Shown piece after piece: positions 50,589-61,230 of a stretch of DNA of 64,000 nt (positions within the stretch are counted from its first letter, which is position 1; the number at the start of each line of letters is the position of its first letter). Made by a program: the position numbers and the translations under genes. The notes under the pieces were generated by a model, which was not told the DNA's origin, made no database searches, and saw nothing but the letters and a program-made list of their open reading frames with translations. Source of the stretch: Takakia lepidozioides (lineage: Eukaryota > Plantae > Bryophyta). The stretch spans positions 43,214,001 to 43,278,000 of the forward strand of contig CM060734.1 of NCBI GenBank assembly GCA_030704615.1, given 5' to 3'.

Positions 50589-52089
50589 CTTTCTACAAAC
50601 CCTTGAAATAATTAATTACTAGGGCTTCGCGTTGCTCCGCACTACTAGCGACGAATTCTGAGAACTATGTTCAATTTTCACAAAAAGGGGTGGGTCATCC
50701 CCATTGTTTGATTCATCTACCTCTATCTATGCCCAAGAAGTGAGGAGGAGTTGAACCCCCTTTTCTCTATTTTTCCCTTCGTTTAGCATTTGTTTTGTCT
50801 AGATCGGAAGTCGATTGTTTATATCTTTTCCGTCGCTCATCATTTAATTTCTCATTTAAAAATGATTGTCTTGATAAAAAATGATCATCTCGATAAAAAA
50901 TTGTCTTGATATTGATATTTGTTTTCAATGTTTTAAGTTTACAGTTTGTTTAAAGATTTACCAAACCACGGTTTTGTACTTTCTACGTGTAAAACATGTC
51001 TTGGCAGGATCTTTTCATTACTGATTGCTTAAACTTCTCACATTCATGTTCATTTCCAAGTATAGTGCTTATAGTTCTCTTCCAAGTGGAGCCGCAGTTT
51101 GGCTCTTCAGACAGCTTCAAACTGGGTAATTGGAAGTCGAGATTCATAAGTGTCAAGTTTACAAGGGACTGTTTATTGTTGATTACATCCTAGTGGCTTC
51201 CATGTTTTGAGAGGGAGGGGCTCAAAAAGAATTTTCTCAAGGGACTACAACTTTCTGGAGCCTTTTTGCCTAAATACACTGCAAGAACATCTTTTAATTA
51301 ATGCGAACTTCTCACATTCCAGAATTTCTTTGAATGCCATTACCACCATAAGTCTGAAAAGTCTGCGAAAAGATCACACCCAGGAGGGCCCATACATCCA
51401 ATAATATAATACTCTCCTCTAGTGTGTGTCTCGATCTTTGAAAACCAGTTGTGTTCATGAGAAGATATGATGTGAAGAGGCAAAGGTGGAACACCTAAGC
51501 CAGACAATGATCAGCACAAAGTGCCAAGATATACATTGCTTGCTCACCCATCTGCCCCTGCTTCCGCCATACATATCAATCTATATCTGGTTAAGGAAAT
51601 CAACATGTCATTGGATGAAAACTAGGGCATATTACTTCACAACCCAGACTCCAGCTTTTTGTCATGGTCCCCTCCTCCACCCAGACCACTGAATCTGATG
51701 GTCTTGACAATATTCAATCAATTCATCCCCACTTGTAAAGGACCATTGTACACTTAGAATGACTGCATTCATCAACAGATAAAAAATCTTAAGCCTTTGT
51801 ACAAAGTAGCTAGAGGGTTTGATCAAAGGCGCGTAATCCTATATCTCAACCTCCCTTCCTCAATAGAGACAAAGGAACTGAAGTATGATGCCAAAATGTA
51901 CCTGCAAGGCAAAACGACTTGTGGCCGAGATGAGAGTGGCCAGTGACACCACTGTAGCCCCATAATATTCCTTGATCAATTGTTGGAGTGCCATTGACCT
52001 TTGTGTCCTGCTCCCCACCACGGATCCCTGAACCATGTGGCATCCCCAATGTCCATATCCAATTTTAAATACACTTGTGTAGCATTTTC

Positions 52090-54035
52090 CTCAAGAGCTT
52101 TGACAACATAGTTTACATGACCATTCGTTCAGCCATCTGCACATTGCCATGGATTCTGCAGGCACAAGCAAGGCCTTCCAACACCACAACATCTGGATTG
52201 ATTGGCATTTTATGAATCAGGTCCACTGCCTCATCCAGTTGTCCCGCACGTCCAAGAAGGTGTGGCTGCAGGCAGAGAGAACACATATAAAGGTGATACT
52301 GTCCGGCTTCAAGCCTTTCTTTTGCATTCCTTCAAATAGTTGCAGGACCTCCCTATGACAACCATGCTGGGCATATCCTGCGATCATCGCATTCCACGAC
52401 ACCACATTTCATTCAGCCATATTGTCAAATATTCCCTTTGCATCCTCATTGCAGTCACATTTCGCATACAAGTGAACCAGGGCAATGTCCAGAATGACAT
52501 TTGGTACAATTCCAGCTTTGATGATGTCACCATGAACCTCTTTGCCCTTTTCCAGGGCTGCCAGGCTTGCACACGCATTGCAAACGCACACAAACGTGAT
52601 GTGGTCAGGCTTCACCCCTTCCCCCAGGCCTCCATCCCTCACCCATGCTGTGCATATCCTACAAGCATGGCGTTCCATGACACCAAATCTCGTTCAGCCA
52701 TATTGTTGAACACTCCCTCCACATCCTCGATGTTCCCACATTTGGCATACATGTCTACGAGGGTATTGTTCAGAATCACATCTGGTACAATTCCAGCTTT
52801 GGCGATGCAACCATGCACCTCTTTGCCCTTTTCCAGGGCTGCCAGGCTTGCACACGCATTGCAAACACAAACAAATCTGATGTGGTTGGGCTTCACCCCT
52901 TCCCCATCATTTGCTCATAGGTCTCCAAGGCCTCCATCCCGCGCCCCTGCTGTGCATATCCTGCAACATGGCGTTCCATGATACCACGTCTCGTTCAGCC
53001 ATATTGTTGAACACTCCCTCCGCATCCTCCATGCTCCAACATTTGGCATACATGTCAAAGATGGTATTGTTCAAAATCACATCTAGTACAATTCCAGCTT
53101 TGGCAATGCAACCATGCACCTCTTTGCCCTTTTCCAGGGCTGCCAGGCTTGCACACAAACGTTATGTGGTCGGGCTTCGCCCCTTCCCCCATCATTTGCT
53201 AATAGGTCTCCAAAGCCTCCATCTTGCGCCCCTACTGTGCATAACCTGCAAGCATTGCGTTCCATGACACCACGTGTTGAACACTCCTTTCGCATCCTCA
53301 ATCCTATATGTCCACCAGAGCAGTGTTTAGGATGACATCTGGTACAATTGCAGATTTGATGATGTCACCATGGATCTCTTTGCCCTTTTCCAGGGCTGCC
53401 AGGCTCGCACACGCATTGCAAACGCATACAAACGATATGTGGTCAGGCTTCACCCCTTCCCCCATCATTTGCTCATAGGTCTCCAAAGCCTCCATCCCAC
53501 GCCCCTGCTGTGCATACCCTGCAAGCATCACACTCCACGACACCACATCTCGTTCACCCATAGTATTAAACACTCTCTTGACATCCAAAGATTGAAAGAT
53601 TGTAGATATTGGGAAGTGGCTGGTTTTGTTTTGTAGTAGCCTGAAGTCTGCTTTTGGATGTATCTCTTGGACTCGGTGTTCAGTGATGTTTTGTCTCTCG
53701 TCCTACATTTTGACTCCAGCCAAAGATGAAAACTGAGCATAGACATAGCCAGGACTAGACTTGAAGGAACAAAATCAGAGTTTAGATTAAACAGGAAAGC
53801 ACTACTGAAGGACCCAGTAAGTAGACCACTTCTTGCATGCTTGAGCTCCAGCAACTGGATCAACCGCACGATCTGTAGTTGCCGCTCCGCTGCTTGCTCT
53901 TATATAAATTTAGGCAACTTCGATTCTTTTGCATGATCTCTGTCACATTGGCGAGAGATGTCAGGGGTCCCTGAGAATGGATGCCATCCACATTTGGCAT
54001 ACATGTCCACCAGGGCAGTGTTCAGAATGACATCT
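52090..54035 (-). pseudogene. PLS-class PPR gene with E-domain fragment; many deletions and frameshifts
   Basis: Repeated P-L-S triplets (DVVSWNAM..GYAQ; VKPDHITFVCVCNACASLAALEKGKEVH; DVILNTALVDMYAKCG); E-like GQLDEAVDLIHKMP..ACRIHGNV. Confidence 0.92.
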
Positions 54036-54044
54036 GGTAATCTG

Positions 54045-55200
54045 ACAGGCATCCACCTTTTTGCCTCGGTTGTCCAACCATTGACTGGGGTCAGAAAAGT
54101 ATTCATTCCACAGCTTCTCCTCGTCTGAGTTACCTGTTTCTGGATACTTTCCTGTTGTCACATTGGCAGTATTATGTCAAAATCACTCCAAACTAGATTC
54201 ACTCAACCAGCTAACTTGCAGAATTCAACATGGAAATGTAGGGCCGGTTCTGATAAGAGGGAAAAACAGGGTGAAATGTGTTGAAGAAGGTGCCTTCATT
54301 AGCAGTGCCTGATTTTGTCAATTGTGGCGCTGCTGCTGCAGCTTCCAGTTGACCATCTACCCATGCAGGTTTCTTGTAGCTATTGATCCACATGGAATCA
54401 AAAGGTAATCTTGTGCTTGAAATATGGCCTTCTTGGATGAATCTGGACCCACACTCTATCCCTGCTCCTTCAGCTATCCATGCCTCTGCACAAATCATGC
54501 GTACATCCTTGCCTTGCTGCTAGAATCTGACAGTGACAGCCTACAATTGTTCCATCAAACACCCCAACCCTACTTTGACTCCAAACTATCAAAGATTCAC
54601 TCAACCAGCTAACTTGCAGAATTCAACATGGAAATTTAGGGCAGATTCTGATAAGAGGGGAAAACAGGGTGAAACCTTGTCTTGCTGCTAGCAGACGCAT
54701 CCAACAAGCATTCACATTTTTGCCTCGATTGCTAAGACCAAGCTGAATCTCCCAAGAACCTTGTAAACGCGCTCAAGGACGCGGAAAATCTGAATTGCAT
54801 CTGCTTCTCTCTGTAGTCCAACAGGCATTCACCTTTTTGTCTCCATTATCCCACCAATGACTGGGGTCGGAAAAGTGTTCATTCCATCTTTCTCCTCATC
54901 TCTGTTATCTGTTTTTGGATACCTTCCTGCTGCCACAACGGCAGTAACTTGTCAGGGCTGAGTCCGATGAGAGGGCAAAACAGGCTGAAATAGGTCGAAG
55001 AAGAAGGTGCCCTCACCACATTGTCCTTGACCTTGTGTCATGACCCATGGAGGATTTGGCCACCATCAACCCAGAAGGACCTCTGTGTGTACTAAGAGCC
55101 CACATTTGCAGAATGGACAAACATCTTCACATCGTACATTAAGAAAAGCCACACCTTGCGATTGCGGTTGTCCCACCATCGTGCAAATTCCAGCTCTAAT
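54045..55200 (-). pseudogene. Fragments of OSB-type PDF motifs (organellar ssDNA-binding protein-like)
   Basis: RWWDNRNRK (~55150-55175), WNEHFSDPSHWWDN (~54845-54890), HPRRPYFKHKIT.DSMWINSYKKPAWV (~54355-54440), LWNEYFSDPSQWLDNRGKK (~54055-54115). Confidence 0.72.
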
Positions 55201-55405
55201 GCGGTGTACTCAAAATCTGCAAATGTCTCCCTCCGCGCTCAAGCATCCCGTGCTGCAAGACGTCTCTTCCGGTTATTTTCGGGCATTTCGGGCAGGTTTC
55301 AAAGAAATTGACGACGACGATGACGTGTCTACGATGACGTGGCACTATGGCACCCTATTCCTGCTCTACGCTAAACTAGCTTCCGACCTTCGGTCGTCGC
55401 TAGAA

Positions 55406-58400
55406 CTAGGGCTTCGCATTGCTCCGCAATACTAGCGACGAATTCTGAGAAATACGTTCAATTTTTCAAAAAAAAAGGGTGGGCCATCCCCCACTCTGTC
55501 ACATGCATAGATCCCGTGTTTCTTTTTTTCTAGAAGAAAAATGATCTGCATTTCAATGTTCAATTTTCACAAGCCGCATCAATCAATATCAATATACCCA
55601 AATACCCTTACATTCACTATATGAACTTTCAAGCATCCACCGTGGGATTGGATCTTGGTGGGTTAACGCTAGCTTTTGACAATATTCATGTAAGTTCATC
55701 AAGGGCTCCATCCAAAGCCACACCACGAGAAACAAACAAACATGTCCAAATTTAAGATGTTAAACAAACTTGTGCACAGGGCTGCCCCTCTCATCAAGCT
55801 CATTAAAATTCGTATTCAATTCCATCTTCAAGCTTTGGAGAAGCTCCACCACCCAAACCCAGAATTAGGACAGCACTCTGATTTCCATCCACTGTCACCA
55901 GAAATCAGTTAAAAATCACCCCTTCAGTCAAGTGCAATTGTGGGCTGACTTCCTACCTATGCCGGGTAGACCCCACTATCAGGAAATGGTGGATGGTCTG
56001 AGTAGCTATACAGATCAATGAATGAAGCAAGACAGTAGCATCTTTCCAAGAAAACATCATTTCACCAGTAATCACCACAAGAACAAATCTCATCTTCAAA
56101 GTGGTGGAAAGTAGTTAGCGTCCCATACAACAATTGTTCGGCCAACAATCTTTGAGATGAATTTGGTGGAGGTGTGGCAGTCTCCACACACTCGAAGATT
56201 CTTGATAAGTCGTGCTGATCAGCCCTAAACCAATGGCCAGCTTCTCACTATGGTGACAAAGAGAAAATTCATTTTTCTCTTCTCCCACACCATGCAATAC
56301 AAAGCGTATGTCAGACACATACCCCTCCCCCCCTTTTCATCTGCCCAGACAATCTTCTCACTGCTCGGCTCAGCATGGACTTCCTCAATTCTGGGATGCA
56401 ACTTGTCATCTACAGCAAAGGTGTGCATCATGTTGCCAACCTTTATGCTGCAACGACCTGACTCCTTTCTAACCCCTCTGACCTTCATCATTTTTTTCAC
56501 CTTTGCACTATTGCCTTAGCCAGCTGCGGCATGGATGTTTGATAGTAGCACATTAGTCGCGACATCATGTTCATCCCACTTGAGGATAGATGTTGCCGCA
56601 CGTTCAGCCATCTCCACATTGTCATGGATTCTGCAGGCTCCTAACAAGGCCTTTCACACCACAACATCTGGAATATTGATTGGCATTTCTTAATCAGGTC
56701 CATTGCCCCATCCAGTTGTCCCGCAAGTCCAAGAATATCCACCGTGCAGCCAAAGTGCTTTACTGTCGGAGTAACACCATGATCTTGACTCAGGGAATCA
56801 AAGTAGCGTCTTCCTTCATTCAGTAGGCCAGTGTGGCTACATGCAGAGAAAACACATATACGAAGGTGATATTGTCCAGTTTCAAGCCGTTCTTTTGCAT
56901 TCCTTCAAATAGTTGCAGGACCTCCCTATGACAACCATGACACCACATTTCGTTCAGCCATATTGTCAAGTACTCATTTTGCGTCCTCAATGCACGCACA
57001 TTTTGCATACATGTCCACCAGGGCAGTGTCCAGAATGACATTTGGTACAATTCCAGCTTTGATGATATCACCATGCACCTCTTTGCCCTTTTCCAGGGCT
57101 GCCAGGCTTGCACAAGCGTTGCACACACACACAAACGTGATGTGGTTGCACTTCACCCCTTCCCCATTATTTGCTCATAGGTCTCCAAGGCCTCCATCCT
57201 GCGCCTCTGTTGTGTATATCCTGAAAGCATGTCGTTCCATGACACCAAATCTCGTTCAGCCATACTGTTGAACACTCCCGCATTCTCAATGCTCCTACAT
57301 TTGGCATACATGTCCACGAGTGTATTGTTCAGAATCACATCTGGTACAATTCCAGCTTTGGCGATGCAACCATGCATCTCTTTGCCTTTTTCCAGGGATG
57401 CCAGGCTTATACACGCCCTGCAAACGCACACAAACGTGATGTGGTTGGGCTTCACCCCTTCCCCCATCATTTGCTCATAGGTCTCCAAAGCCTCCATCCC
57501 GCACCCTTGCTGTGCATTGATGGTTTGTCGCTTTGATTCACGACATATTTGATTTGCTCTGTTACAGCAGAGACCATCCCTGGTGTGTTCATTGGTCCAT
57601 CATTTCCTTCCCTCCCCCTCCTCTCTTTCCCTTACACTTCTAGGAATTCAGATGCGAACCCTGAAAAGAAACAATCCGTTCTAATTAATTTCCATTGAAA
57701 TCCCCCAAAAGAGGGCAGATCGGCCAATTACTCCTTGAAGTTCAAATAAAGGATCACAATTTCTAGGGTTTATAGGGAGGTTATGGCAGACAAACAGTAG
57801 TCAATGTAAGATTAGGTTTGAAACTTGGGTTTAGCTTCAAGCAGATGTGGGACTTTTGCAACCAGACACAACCTGACATACCCTTCGTGCTCATGGGAAA
57901 TCAATCACGGAGACTCACTGTGCGGGTTTGAAACAAGGAAGTAAGGTATAATCTAAGCTGCACTTTTCTTCTTTCCCACCCAATCACGAGTGAAAGCTTC
58001 TGATTCCGTCTGCAAGAAACTCCTCCCCATTTGTTGTCTTTTCGAATCATAGATAATCTGCAGCTTGAAATCCGGCCCTTTTGGATGAATCTGGACCCAC
58101 ACTCGATCCCTGCTCCTTCGGCTATCCATGCCTGTGCTTGCAAGGTGAACGATGGTGGAAAACGCCGAGCTCCCGCAGTTCAAGAAGATCAAGATCCGGG
58201 CATTGCGGGCAGTTCCAAAAACTTTGGCGCGGCGATTTCTCTTGGCCTATTTCGTGCGGGCCGTCCGGGCAGATTCCAAAGAAATTGACGACGACGATGA
58301 TCTGGCTACGATGATGTGTCTACGATGACGTGGCGATGAAACGTGGCAATGATGACATGGCACTATGGCACCCTATTCCTGCTCCACGCTAAACTAGCTT

Positions 58401-58423
58401 CCAACCTTCGGTCGTCGCTAGAA
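55406..58423 (-). mobile_element. Non-autonomous Helitron2/Helentron-like element, unit A (3.0 kb) with a captured PPR-E-DYW gene
   Basis: 5' TTCTAGCGACGACCGAAGGTTGGAAGCTAG at 58423, preceded by A; 3' TCGTCGCTAG-tATTGCGGAGCAATGCGAAGCc-CTAG at 55406 abuts the 5' TTCTAG of unit B. About 140 bp of 5' end and 85 bp of 3' end are shared with unit B. Confidence 0.78.
56062..57515 (-). pseudogene. PLS-E-DYW PPR RNA-editing factor, frameshifted
   Basis: PLS triplets, E1/E2, PG-box-like [52 protein letters not shown]; deletion after LIST and several frameshifts. Confidence 0.93.
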
Positions 58424-59210
58424 TTGATCTACAGGTATTTTGTGGGCCCAACAGACTCGCTCCCCTCTTGCTTCCCTGCGCGCGCCCCGGGGCGGCTCAC
58501 CCGAGCGTACTGACCCGAGCGTACTGACCCGCCGGGTAGGGGTCGCCCCACCCTGCGACCCCTGTGCCACCCGCGGCCCCCGCCACAACCACACGTTCCG
58601 CATTCAAGTCCCAATTATCGAACAATGAGAAGCGATATACACATGGTCCGTTTTCAAACATGTGTTCCCTGAGGAATTATGTCCTGGAAAACATGAGCCA
58701 TGTTCTGCAGAAACCCTAATGCAGATGCATGATGGGCTGGCATGGTGGGAGGCATTCAAGAAGGGTACTGTAGGGAACTGAACTGATGAGGGTTGCAAGA
58801 CAGAGATCGTGAGCGGATCGATTGGGAAGGGTGCGTAGATGCGGCGAGAAGAAGACGAGAATTCAGATGAGATGCGGGTCTTTGATGCCTGTAAGCTGTG
58901 ACAACTTGCGGAGCAGAGGTTCTCAAATTTTCTTTCAAGGATTTTGCATTTTGAGCACATCATATCTGCTTCGCAAGTAAGTTGCTTCGCACAACAACAT
59001 CATGATTGGGGCTGGTAGCAGAAGGCATCATGTGTGAGTTGCCTGTGAAGGCCGGGTTCTGCCACAATTGGTAGATTGCGGTAAAGTCATGGAGAAGGTG
59101 CAGACACGCACCAGTGTTTAGGTGAGGTCGACAGAGAAGATTCAAGAGGAGGAGACTCGCGGAGCGTTTCACATGTGCCTATAGGTGAAGGCGGAGGGAA
59201 AGGGAGTGCG

Positions 59211-60236
59211 ATGGCGGGCCCGGCTGCGGCCGGAGGAGGCAGCGGGCCTGGTAAGAGAGGGAGGCCTTCGAATTCAGGTTCCGTGGCGAATACGGATGGG
59301 GCGGCAGCGGGGGGGGCGACACTGGCCTCTCTGCCAAGTCTGGGTCCCTCTCTCCAAGTGCACAGCAATTTTGCAGGTATTTAATCTGAAAAGGACGTTT
59401 TTGCTTAGTCATTTGCCCAACGATAATAGTTGAAGATTGGAGCTGAAAAAATAACCAAGACTGTGTGTGACAAGTTGGCGGGGAAGAATCTCGAGCAGTT
59501 TTCGTGGTCAGAAGGGAAACTGATAACTGGGACTTCAGAGGTTTTTGTGGGACAAAATAGATGTTCAGGTCGGATCGACGTATTTCAACTTGCACAAGAG
59601 CTATCCAGTGCCGGGGGTGTAACTTCAGACCGTTGGAAATTGGTCCAATAAGGTGTCCGAGAAATTACTGCTGCTACTCCAGACTTTAATTTTGCTTTGT
59701 GTGGCCATTGCCTGGGAAGAACGATTGACCATGGTCTCATCCTTGGCCAGGTCATAGTCTGGCTGGGAATTGAGGAGCATGTGAACCTGAATGCTTTCAT
59801 GCCTGTCGTACAGCCCTGCTTAGTTGGTTTGTGGGGTGTTGCTATTGCAAGTATGTCTTAGGACCTGGGGAGCCTAACAGAAGATACTTCCAGTCTTACC
59901 TTGGAAGGCAGACACTGGAGCTAAGGTACTTGGGCCCAGCACTGGACTCGTCCTTCCCACAATTGTTCGCCTCACACTGTGAACCACCCAAGCTCACACT
60001 TTCTGCCATATTAGCCTTTTAATTTCATGAGTCAAATCTTACTGGATTGGATGGGCGTGTGTGCAGAACAACAAAACAGGAGAATTGTACTTGCTCTGCA
60101 AAGTGGGCTGAAAGGGGAGCTGGCATGGGCCATCAACTCCCTAACGATTTTGTCCTTCAAGGAGAAGGATGATTCCCGTAAAGATTCGACTCCACTGGCC
60201 AAAGTACCCGGTTTGCTGGACGCTCTTTTGCACGTG
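59211..60236 (+). CDS. LFR: Armadillo-repeat SWI/SNF subunit LEAF AND FLOWER RELATED, first two coding exons (gene presumably continues beyond the window)
   Basis: Exons 59211-59376 and 60067-60236: KRGRP...LGPSLQVHSNFA|EQQNRRIVLALQSGLKGELAWAINSLTILSFKEKDD..PLAKVPGLLDALL. Start codon uncertain. Confidence 0.92.
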
Positions 60237-60620
60237 GTAGGCCCATATTACATTTACCTGCACAGTTTGAGATTGCTTCAGTTTCTTAAGAGATCAAGGA
60301 ACAAATTCATTTTTCTGCAGGAGTTGTGAAGAAGGGCTTACAGACCCAGAAGAATGTTCCAAATGAGATCTTTCGATAGACTTAATTTCTGATGACCACA
60401 CGGATTAATGGCCAACTTACGATTGTATCTCAATGAACAAACCATGGTGTTGATAACTGGAGACCTCTGATCTCATAGTAAACTGGGCAAGAGAAATAAG
60501 AATGATGTTGAGATAATAGCTGTTATGCTGCTTGCTCTAGGCTTTCTGGTCGTGGCCCCGTGGCATATATGCCGTAGCCTTGTGGCCATAGACCCCTCGT
60601 GCAGTTTGGGCGGGTATAGA

Positions 60621-61148
60621 TTGTACTCATAAGACGTTGTTTGCCGTAGCCTTGTGGCCATTGACCCCACGCCCAGTTTGAGCGGGAACAAAAGGGACAG
60701 AACCTACCTCTGTCAGGGGCTGACGTTGGTAGTAAGACTTACCTCCATATAAAGAATTAATCCGGGTTTTCCAGATATCCTCTAGAAATCCCTTCACACA
60801 AGCATCAATCTGCTGTGTGTGATTTGCCCAAAAACTAGGCCTCAGAAGGGCCTGGGCTTTTGGCTCAGCCTCGAGACTTTCAAAGTTGGTAAACAGGGGT
60901 ACAGGCACAATTCCCTTGATAGATTTGAAGAGAGCGTCTCTTTGGTGAGAGAACCCCGGACAGTGTATCAGAAAATGAATACTGTCTTCAGATTGCCCAC
61001 ACAACGGGCAATTGCACTTTCCCTTTCCTCTCTGCTTCTGTTTGCTGTTCAAAGGTAGGCTTCCTGCCCTGAGTTTAAATTTCAGTCTAGTGCCGAGAGT
61101 GGGTAGACCCTTGAGGTCATCCAAGATGTCCTCCCCCACGTCACAGAC
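60621..61148 (-). mobile_element. 528-bp 5'-truncated RTEX-like LINE copy with 14-bp TSD
   Basis: Near-identical to 61232-61761; flanked by TGGGCGGGTATAGA at 60607-60620 and 61149-61162. Confidence 0.92.
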
Positions 61149-61176
61149 TGGGCGGGTATAGAATGAGAGGGAGAGA

Positions 61177-61215
61177 ATGTACTCATAAGACGTTGTTTGC
61201 CGTAGCCTTGTGGCC
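61177..61215 (-). mobile_element. 39-bp RTEX-like 3'-end insertion with 15-bp TSD
   Basis: Flanked by AATGAGAGGGAGAGA at 61162-61176 and 61216-61230. Confidence 0.9.
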
Positions 61216-61230
61216 AATGAGAGGGAGAGA

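Larger units (their letters stand above)
50619..55405 (-). mobile_element. Non-autonomous Helitron2/Helentron-like element, unit B (4.8 kb) with captured OSB-like and PPR fragments
   Basis: Minus strand begins TTCTAGCGACGACCGAAGGTCGGAAGCTAG (5' inverted repeat within a hairpin) and ends TCGTCGCTAG-tagtGCGGAGCaacGCGAAGCc-CTAG followed by T. Both ends match those of unit A. Confidence 0.75.

Noticed and set aside
56062-56500. U-to-C (DYW:KP-type) editing domain
   Set aside because: Motifs are HSE, CGDCH and terminal DYW with a PG-box-like segment, i.e. canonical C-to-U type; the copy is also frameshifted.
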